DNA of 64,000 bases from Spirochaetia bacterium (GTDB lineage: Bacteria > Spirochaetota > Spirochaetia > DSM-2461), in contig OY764216.1 in NCBI GenBank assembly GCA_963668315.1, positions 2,560,001 to 2,624,000 of the forward strand, given 5' to 3'. The notes under the pieces are model-generated. The model saw only the letters and a program-made list of their open reading frames with translations. It did no database searches and was not told the origin of the DNA. Position numbers and translations under genes: made by a program. Positions 57,207 to 64,000 of this stretch are shown one piece after another (positions within the stretch are counted from its first letter, which is position 1; every line of letters begins with the position of its first letter).

Positions 57207-58085
57207 TTACACGGGCTCTGCGGGCTTGTTCAATAGTGATGTCCCCTTGAGATTCGTGTTCTCAATTTTTTCCATGTAGGCCAGAATCTTCTTCTCCTGC
57301 TCCTCCGGGTAAGAGTAGCCCAGCCCTCTCGCCACATCCCGGGCCAGGCGGGAAAAAAGGGCCGCCATGGCATGGACTGAAAGACTGTTGTCTTTCGGAT
57401 CTGACCCGGAGAATGTCCTTTCACAGAGAGACCAGATTTCCCCGGGGAGACTGGCTTTGATCCAGCGTCCGTATTTGTTCGTGTCCAGCTGCCAGCCATG
57501 GTTCATGGCAGCGTACCATTCGAGCATGGGCATGAGGCAGTTGAAGCGGATAACCCTGTCCCTCATGTAACTTGCCCAGAAGAGCTCGTCCCTCTTCAGG
57601 GCTTTGGGGATATAGAGAATATCCCAGAGAAAGGAGTTTACCCGGTCCAGAAATTCCTCTTCCGTCGGTCTGGCTATGAAGAGCCGCTCCCGCCGGGCAG
57701 GCGGCATCCCGTTCCCCAGGCCGTCCTTGTCTATGAGGATTTCATACCCCGCGTCGAAACTGTCATGGTAGGCCAGAGGACGGGTCGTTATCTGAAAATC
57801 GATGCGTGTACCCTCCTCATACTGGACGAGCCTTGTCAGCCATTCCGAAGAAGAGTCAGGCTGCGCCGTAAGGGGCCAGCGGACCAGGACGGCTCCGAAG
57901 CGTTCGAGCCAGCTGTCACTGCCGGAAAAAGGGGAGATATCCCTCACATAGAGTTCCAGATCGAAGTCGGAGAGAACATCGGCTGTGCCGTCATGGCGGG
58001 CCCGGGAGCTTGTCAGTACGGCGGCCCGGACATTCCCGTCTGCACCGCACCAATTGATAAGGGCCTGGAAAATTTCTGAATCCAT
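57207..58085 (-). CDS. Aminoglycoside 6-adenylyltransferase family protein (AadK-like)
   Basis: VRAAVLTSSRA, DVLSDFDLELYV, RIDF, LIDKDG and KALKRDEL. Confidence 0.85.
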   Translation of the reverse strand: MDSEIFQALINWCGADGNVRAAVLTSSRARHDGTADVLSDFDLELYVRDISPFSGSDSWLERFGAVLVRWPLTAQPDSSSEWLTRLVQYEEGTRIDFQITTRPLAYHDSFDAGYEILIDKDGLGNGMPPARRERLFIARPTEEEFLDRVNSFLWDILYIPKALKRDELFWASYMRDRVIRFNCLMPMLEWYAAMNHGWQLDTNKYGRWIKASLPGEIWSLCERTFSGSDPKDNSLSVHAMAALFSRLARDVARGLGYSYPEEQEKKILAYMEKIENTNLKGTSLLNKPAEPV

Positions 58086-58101
58086 AAAGCTATTATAGCA
58101 T

Positions 58102-58132
58102 AAAAAAGCGGCCCCTCCGCTGGAAGGACCGC
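58102..58132 (-). terminator. Rho-independent terminator after the porin-like gene
   Basis: Minus strand GCGGTCCTTCC-AGC-GGAGGGGCCGC-TTTTTT. Confidence 0.85.
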
Positions 58133-58167
58133 CTATAAATCAGTTAAATAATGTTCAGCCTGTAAGA

Positions 58168-58980
58168 CTAGAGGGAAAAGTCATACTCGAAGTTGAGATT
58201 GAATGCCCAGTTCTCTTCATCAGCACCGGCAATATAGTACTCGAAGGAGGGGCAGAAGTCGATGGCAAGGGGAGTATAGTCGATCTGAACGCCGATATAG
58301 TCGGTGTTTTCGCTGTCATTGTCAAATGTTTCATAGTAGACACCGGGGGTGACGCCGTCGGCAATCGTGTAATCCGCTTCAACATAGATGTCCGATTTTT
58401 CAGAATCCATGACGTAAGCGATTTCACCGCAGGCGTAGAAGACTCCCAGCTCGAATTCCACTCCGGCTGCTGCCGCGTTGTTGGTATCTTCGCCCAGGTC
58501 GAAAAGACCGGAAACGTTCAGGGTGAGAGCTTCCACGGGGGATACGTAAAGGACGGGCTGAATCTCGAAATTGTCGTCCGTACCGTTTACCACATCGATT
58601 TCATAGCTGATCATGTCAATGCCGCCGTAAATCTCGACGCCCCATTTTTCCGTACCGCCGGCGTTAACGGGAGCCCAGGCTGTTCCGAATTTACCGGCTT
58701 TAAAACCGAAGGGTTCGCTGATATCCCAGGCGAAGAACATCTCTTCGATGTTGTTCTCGGTTCCTGTGTCTTTGAACTCAAGCTCCATCTCGTAGTAGAT
58801 GTCGTCCTGTGTGGAGCTGAAAACAATATCTCCGTCTCCGATGCCGAAAGCACCCATGTCCGAATCCTGATCAAAGGCGTAATTCATCTGGGCGCTGACA
58901 TCCAGACCATCGGCAAAAACATTGGTGGAAACTACCATCAATACAACCGCACAAATTGCTAATCTTCTCAAAACTTTCAT
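58168..58980 (-). CDS. Putative outer-membrane beta-barrel / porin
   Basis: Signal peptide ending VFA, acidic alternating beta-strand pattern, aromatic C-terminal strand FNLNFEYDFSL, and its own terminator. Confidence 0.75.
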   Translation of the reverse strand: MKVLRRLAICAVVLMVVSTNVFADGLDVSAQMNYAFDQDSDMGAFGIGDGDIVFSSTQDDIYYEMELEFKDTGTENNIEEMFFAWDISEPFGFKAGKFGTAWAPVNAGGTEKWGVEIYGGIDMISYEIDVVNGTDDNFEIQPVLYVSPVEALTLNVSGLFDLGEDTNNAAAAGVEFELGVFYACGEIAYVMDSEKSDIYVEADYTIADGVTPGVYYETFDNDSENTDYIGVQIDYTPLAIDFCPSFEYYIAGADEENWAFNLNFEYDFSL

Positions 58981-59243
58981 TTAGGTCTCTCCTATGAAAT
59001 ATATTGGGCTGATACAGATAAACTGTACCTGTTTGAAGTCTACCCGAGCTGTCTTGGCTTTTAATGATGATAAACTGAAGAAAAAGTAAGGAGAGAACGG
59101 GGAGAGTTACCTAAAGAACAGATTAAACACAGATAGAGGTGTCCGGTGGTGAAATCCGCCTGGAAGGTGGGAAAAAAATGCTTCCTGTGCAGAATATGCA
59201 TAGGAACGATAACCGAAAAACGGGGTCTCCGCCCTTTAAAAGA

Positions 59244-59259
59244 TGGCACGGTATTTGTA
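59244..59259 (+). promoter_or_regulatory. Possible sigma-54 (-24/-12) promoter
   Basis: TGGCACG-GTAT-TTGTA against consensus TGGCACG-N4-TTGCW. The mismatch is at the conserved -12 C. Confidence 0.4.
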
Positions 59260-59270
59260 ACTCTTCTGCT

Positions 59271-59951
59271 ATGAACAACACCATATACCTTAATACATCA
59301 AGTCCGGTACTTGAGATGGAGCTGACCGCTTCTCTGGAAGATTTCCAGGTTCAGACCTTCTCCCTCAGAGACGATGAAATGAAGATCCTCGCCTGTCCGT
59401 CTCCCCGTCTCTGGATTGTTGAGATAAACCCCAGAAATCTGCGCGGACTCCTCTTTGTCAAAAATCTCATTGAGGAGCGGGGGGAGCCGGTCATCGTCCT
59501 TTCCTGGGAAAACTCCGGACCGGTTCGGGAGGAGTGCTACCTCATGGGAGTCGACGATTTTGTGGAACAGCCCTGGTATCCCCGGGTCATAGCCATGCGT
59601 GTCAGGGCCGTCCTGGGGAGACGTCATGCCGCCGAAGGGGAAAAAGACGAAATCCAGTGGTTCTACGAGGGAACGGAATTCGCCCTGGACAAGGATAAGC
59701 ACCGGCTGAGGGTGAACGGGGAAAATGTCGAACTTACCCCCAGCCAGTGGAATCTCTTCAGTACCCTCGCCGTCCACGGCAATCGGGCGGTCAGCCGGGA
59801 ATATCTTCTGAACGAATGCCTCGCCCAGGGAAACCGGAAGACCCGGACCCTGGATAACCATATGAAAAACCTGAGGCAGAGCATCGGATCCTCGGAGCTG
59901 ATCGAGACGGTCCGCGGTTACGGATACCGGCTCAGGGGAGAAGCCAGTTAA
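59271..59951 (+). CDS. Atypical OmpR-family response regulator (pseudo-receiver)
   Basis: Winged helix ELTPSQW...RTLDNHMKNLR...IETVRGYGY. The receiver has E at the phospho-Asp position. Start 59271 is preferred over 59139. Confidence 0.85.
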   Translation: MNNTIYLNTSSPVLEMELTASLEDFQVQTFSLRDDEMKILACPSPRLWIVEINPRNLRGLLFVKNLIEERGEPVIVLSWENSGPVREECYLMGVDDFVEQPWYPRVIAMRVRAVLGRRHAAEGEKDEIQWFYEGTEFALDKDKHRLRVNGENVELTPSQWNLFSTLAVHGNRAVSREYLLNECLAQGNRKTRTLDNHMKNLRQSIGSSELIETVRGYGYRLRGEAS

Positions 59952-60685
59952 TGGAGAGAAGGAGGATTCTGTACCTGAAAAACCGTACCCTTCCTTCCCT
60001 TGAAGACTTCAGCCTGCACTGCCGGATAAACAATTATCTCCTTGTCGAAGGGGACAGCGAGACGTTTTCCTCCGAGAACATCTCCCCGGAGGATTTTCAG
60101 CTTATGCTGGTGGATTATCCCCTGATGAACCGTGCCAGGATGAAAAGCATCCGTGAATGGAAAAACAGCTCTGTCCTGCCCCTCATTATGCTGATGGACA
60201 ATGTACGGGAGACATCGCAGATGGAGGCTTTCTCTGAGGGGGCCGACGATATAATCGATCGGAAGGTCTGCTCGGAGAGGGTTTTCACCCTGATGAGCCG
60301 GATGGATAATCTTATACGGATTTACGGAAAAAACAGGAATGAGTCCCTGACGAGCTGGATGATCGGAAAGGACAGAATCTCCCTGAATGTCCGGGGGCGC
60401 CTTGTTCTGGTCAACGGCGCGGGAGTTCATCTGACTCCCACGGAATGGAACATCCTGCGCCTTCTCAGCGAAAAAAACGGCCATGTCGTCTCCCGTGAGG
60501 AGATCCTCAGCGGCTGTTTTGAATACCAGTATGAGGGGTACGACCGCTCCATCGACGCCCATATCAAGAATCTGAGAAAAAAAATCCCCCTCTGCATCGA
60601 AACATTGAGGGGAGTGGGGTACCGCTTTACGGGAAGGGATATCTCACAGAGCCCCGATCCTATTGAAAGCCCCCTCTCAATCTGA
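59951..60685 (+). CDS. Atypical OmpR-family response regulator
   Basis: Winged helix LTPTEW...RSIDAHIKNLRKK...IETLRGVGY. The receiver keeps Asp (LVDY) but lacks the acidic pair and the KP motif. Confidence 0.88.
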   Translation: MERRRILYLKNRTLPSLEDFSLHCRINNYLLVEGDSETFSSENISPEDFQLMLVDYPLMNRARMKSIREWKNSSVLPLIMLMDNVRETSQMEAFSEGADDIIDRKVCSERVFTLMSRMDNLIRIYGKNRNESLTSWMIGKDRISLNVRGRLVLVNGAGVHLTPTEWNILRLLSEKNGHVVSREEILSGCFEYQYEGYDRSIDAHIKNLRKKIPLCIETLRGVGYRFTGRDISQSPDPIESPLSI

Positions 60686-60691
60686 TAAAAT
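60663..60691 (+). promoter_or_regulatory. Putative sigma-70 promoter of guaA
   Basis: TTGAAA-N17-TAAAAT with a TG extension. Confidence 0.6.
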
Positions 60692-60726
60692 ACGGCCCAT
60701 CATTCAGTTAGAATTCAGAGGAACCC

Positions 60727-62280
60727 ATGGATAAGATCATAATATTGGATTTCGGCAGTCAGACGACTCAGTTAATCGGCAGAAGAATCAGAGATTTCGG
60801 CGTTTACAGCGAAATCTATCACGGAGATATCACCCTGACGGAGGATATCCTTACCAGTGACGTCAAGGGCGTCATCCTTTCCGGCTCTCCCTATTCCGTC
60901 TATGAAGAGGGCGCTCCGAAGCCCGATAAGGCCGTTTACGATCTTGATGTGCCTCTGCTGGGTATCTGTTACGGGTTCCAGAGAATGACCGAGGACCACG
61001 GCGGGAAAGTCGCTCCCCTGGATAAAAAAGAGTACGGCCGGTCCCGGATCTCCTTCAAGGAGGAGAACGAGCTGCTGGCGGGAATACCCGACGGTTTCGT
61101 CTCCTGGATGAGCCATGGCGATTCCCTGGATAGAATGGCCCCCGGCTTTACCCTGGTCGCCGAGAGCGAACACGGTCTTCCCGCCGTAGGATTCAACAAA
61201 GAGAAGAATATGTACGGTCTGCAGTTCCACCCCGAGGTGACCCACTGCGAGAACGGATTGGACATTCTGGAAAATTTCGTCTGCTCTATCTGCGGGGCGA
61301 AGAAAGAGTGGTCCATGGATAAGTATATCGAGGATGAGGGAAACCGCATCAGGGAGCGCGTGGGCAAGGAGGATGTTCTTCTTCTCATATCCGGCGGAGT
61401 CGATTCCACCGTGGCAGGCGGTCTGCTTCTGAAGACCCTTGATCCCGATCAGGTTTACCTCATGTACATCGATACGGGCATGATGCGCAAGGGCGAATCG
61501 GAAGAGGTGGCGGAGAACCTGAAGCAGCTCGGAGCGAAGCACCTATTTCTCATTAATGCCCGGGAGCGTTTCCTTACCGCCCTGGAAGGTGCCTCCGAGC
61601 CGGAAAAGAAGCGCAAAATAATCGGTGATATGTTCATCAAGGTCCAGGAAGAGGAGATCAACGCCCATATCAAGGGAGATTACTTTCTGGCCCAGGGAAC
61701 CCTTTATACCGACCTTATTGAATCGGGCAAGGGCGTGGGCAACAAGGCCAACGTCATCAAATCCCATCACAACGTGGGAACCCCCCTTGTGGAAGCCAAA
61801 AGGGAGAAGGGGCTCATCGTGGAACCCCTGGAAATGCTCTATAAAGATGAGGTCCGGAGACTCGGTACCCTTCTGGGCATCGACGATAAGATCGTCCACC
61901 GCCATCCCTTTCCCGGGCCCGGACTGGGCATAAGAATCATCGGCGACGTGACCGAAGAAAAATGCCGTATCCTGCGGGATGCGGATTACATCTATATCCA
62001 GGAGCTCCATAAGAGAAACCTGTACAGGGAGATCTGGCAGGCCTTCAGCGTGCTGACCACGGTCCGGTCTGTGGGTGTTGCCGGAGACGCGCGGGACTAC
62101 GGTTATGTCCTGGCCCTCAGAGCCGTTGTCTCCTCCGACGGAATGACCGCCGACGTGTATGACTTCCCCACCAAGGACCTTCTGGAAATCTCCTCCCTCA
62201 TCACCAATTCGGTTCCTGAGATCGGAAGGGTGGTCTACGATATCTCTTCCAAGCCGCCCGCCACTATTGAGTGGGAGTAG
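60727..62280 (+). CDS. guaA: GMP synthase (glutamine-hydrolysing)
   Basis: LDFGSQ, LGICYG, QFHPEV, SGGVDS, IKSHHNVG and KPPATIEWE. Confidence 0.98.
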   Translation: MDKIIILDFGSQTTQLIGRRIRDFGVYSEIYHGDITLTEDILTSDVKGVILSGSPYSVYEEGAPKPDKAVYDLDVPLLGICYGFQRMTEDHGGKVAPLDKKEYGRSRISFKEENELLAGIPDGFVSWMSHGDSLDRMAPGFTLVAESEHGLPAVGFNKEKNMYGLQFHPEVTHCENGLDILENFVCSICGAKKEWSMDKYIEDEGNRIRERVGKEDVLLLISGGVDSTVAGGLLLKTLDPDQVYLMYIDTGMMRKGESEEVAENLKQLGAKHLFLINARERFLTALEGASEPEKKRKIIGDMFIKVQEEEINAHIKGDYFLAQGTLYTDLIESGKGVGNKANVIKSHHNVGTPLVEAKREKGLIVEPLEMLYKDEVRRLGTLLGIDDKIVHRHPFPGPGLGIRIIGDVTEEKCRILRDADYIYIQELHKRNLYREIWQAFSVLTTVRSVGVAGDARDYGYVLALRAVVSSDGMTADVYDFPTKDLLEISSLITNSVPEIGRVVYDISSKPPATIEWE

Positions 62281-62899
62281 ATTCTCCCTCCACGAACATG
62301 GCCCGGGAATAGAGATTGTCCATGAACAGGGCGGTCTCTTCCCGGCCTTTGTTTTCCCTCAGGGTCTGTTCAATCATTCCTCTGACTATGCTCAGGGAAA
62401 GCAGGCCCTGGTCAGAGGTGAAGTCCTCTTTGTGGGCATCATAATATGCCTGGATTTCTTCGTCGCTCACCGATATTTTATCAAGCACTTCGGTTTTTAT
62501 CACCTTGTCGATTATGAGGCTGTTTCTTATCACTTCGCGAAAACTCTCCTGTGTATAGAGCTGTCCCTCGAGAAGTTTCGCCCACTCCTCATCGGGGTAA
62601 TCCCCCTTCGCCTGTGAAAGGTTTTCCTCCACTTCTTGTTCCGGGACTTCTATTCCCCGGTAATCGGCCAGAGTGAGGAGGAGCTTTCTCATGATAATGC
62701 CTTCTTTCACATTTTCTCTGAGCTGGTCCTTCTCCTCCTCTTCATAATCCCTTTCCTGGAGCCGGCCCTGGATAATCAGCCTCTCCAGCTCCTTCTGAAC
62801 CTCCTCTTCACTGACCTGAATACGGCCCAGCTTGTCCTGGGAGGCGAGAGGTATCAGAATTACCGTCAGCAGCAATAGGATGTTACGTATTTTGTTCAT
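62264..62899 (-). CDS. Exported SurA N-terminal-domain-like protein
   Basis: Signal peptide and a helical pattern ending ISVSDEEIQAYYDAHKEDF. No clear PPIase domain. Confidence 0.7.
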   Translation of the reverse strand: MNKIRNILLLLTVILIPLASQDKLGRIQVSEEEVQKELERLIIQGRLQERDYEEEEKDQLRENVKEGIIMRKLLLTLADYRGIEVPEQEVEENLSQAKGDYPDEEWAKLLEGQLYTQESFREVIRNSLIIDKVIKTEVLDKISVSDEEIQAYYDAHKEDFTSDQGLLSLSIVRGMIEQTLRENKGREETALFMDNLYSRAMFVEGESTPTQ

Positions 62900-63998
62900 A
62901 TTCCCTCCTGGGGGCTTTCTTGTTGATGAGATAAAGGGCGGTAAGGGAAAGAACGGCGCCGCCGATGGTAAGCAGGCGGGGTGTCTCTCCCAGAATTATC
63001 CAGCTTAAGAGCAAAGCCAGAAGGGGTATGAGAAAGGTAAAAGCGCTTGCCTTCGGAGGACCGATTTTTGCCGCAGCCCTGAAATAGAGCGATGTGGCCA
63101 GGGAGCTCACAAAAAAGGAGAGAAAGAGAATGTTGATCCAGAAGGAACCGGTGAATCCTGAGAGCCGGAAAGGCCCGTAGGGGAGGGCCATTATCAGGGA
63201 ACCGAAGGCGGCGAAAAGATAAAGGTAGAAGTTGTACTTCTTCAGGTTTATGTGCTCCTGGGCTTTGCCCGAAAAGACTGTCATGAGGGACCAGCATCCG
63301 GCGGCGGCCAGAAAAAAGGCGCTGTCCCTCCGGAATAATACTCCGCCGGCCAGCTGCGGCTCCAGAAGAACCACCCCGCCAATAAAGCCCAGGGCCAGTC
63401 CCAGGACCATGGATTTTTCCGGTTTCCTTCTGCCGGCGAGAATAATTACGGCCGTGGTAATCAGAGGATTCAGGGTGGTCACGATAACGCCCCCCTTTCC
63501 GGCCATGCCGATGCTGAGTCCGGTGAAGAAGAAAACATTATAGAAGAGCAGAAACAGAGCGGAAAGCAGGGTATAGCCGGCGGCTTTCGGCGTCAGGCTC
63601 AGGCGGTCCCGGTGAGGGGGAAAGGGAAGAAAAGGCAGGAGGGAAAAGAGAAAGCGCCAGAATATCAGAACGGGAAAAGGGGCTTCCTCTGAAACGATCT
63701 TTCCCGATACCCAGCTGAGGGCCATAATCGTCATGGAAAGTACGAGGAGTGCATAGAAGAGGATGCTGCGCCGTTTTCTCTCCGCGGTGGAACTGTAGAC
63801 GTTTCTTTTGTAGGGAGGAAGAATTTGTATTTCCGGAGAGTAGTCGCTCTGCCTTTCCAGCCAGCTTCTCAGGTTATCGCCCATCCTGTCCTGGTCATGG
63901 CCAAGGCAGATCACCTGGGGCCGTTCCTTCTGAAGTACCTGCCAGCTGCCCCGTTCTTCGTCGGAGGGCAGGGCCTTTTTGACAATTCCTGTTTTAAG
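62883..63998 (-). CDS. Fusion of a cytidylyltransferase-like (RibL/TagD-type) domain and an EamA/DMT transporter (5' truncated by window edge)
   Basis: Frame is open to the window end. ERPQVICLGHDQ...YSST runs directly into about 10 TM EamA segments. Confidence 0.75.
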   Translation of the reverse strand, partial: LKTGIVKKALPSDEERGSWQVLQKERPQVICLGHDQDRMGDNLRSWLERQSDYSPEIQILPPYKRNVYSSTAERKRRSILFYALLVLSMTIMALSWVSGKIVSEEAPFPVLIFWRFLFSLLPFLPFPPHRDRLSLTPKAAGYTLLSALFLLFYNVFFFTGLSIGMAGKGGVIVTTLNPLITTAVIILAGRRKPEKSMVLGLALGFIGGVVLLEPQLAGGVLFRRDSAFFLAAAGCWSLMTVFSGKAQEHINLKKYNFYLYLFAAFGSLIMALPYGPFRLSGFTGSFWINILFLSFFVSSLATSLYFRAAAKIGPPKASAFTFLIPLLALLLSWIILGETPRLLTIGGAVLSLTALYLINKKAPRREYEQNT

Positions 63999-64000
63999 GA

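Overview
This window looks like core chromosome from a free-living spirochaete. That assignment is inferred from the flagellar gene order and protein style; the species is not identified. Bases 1-20.1 kb hold a co-oriented flagellar cluster: flgE', flbD, motAB, fliLMY, fliOPQR, flhBAFG, an unknown gene, fliA, fapA, two unknown genes, a divergent CheA-like kinase and a HAD hydrolase. The rest is mixed housekeeping and accessory DNA. It includes a GAF/HD-GYP protein, a NYN protein, a second FlhG-like ATPase behind a sigma-28-type promoter, TrmH, a TPR-HEPN-like protein, tandem acyltransferases and an SPL-like radical SAM enzyme. GlpP sits next to a Ugp-like ABC transporter that has an antiterminator-type leader. 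Further on are a PTS-IIA/antiporter/PII-like operon, hslO, uvrC, an amidase, an ANT(6)-family gene, a porin facing two atypical OmpR-type regulators, guaA and a nucleotidyltransferase-EamA fusion. The best candidate for an undescribed system is two different GTP-dependent PEP carboxykinases arranged divergently around an MpsC/DUF2294 gene, with a ~175-nt leader of mutually exclusive helices before the second one. Also notable are apparently widespread leaderless promoters, an unannotated 26-aa membrane peptide and a decayed DUF1566-like pseudogene. I recognised no rRNA, tRNA, CRISPR array or transposase. All family calls come from motif recognition by eye; no database searches were run.
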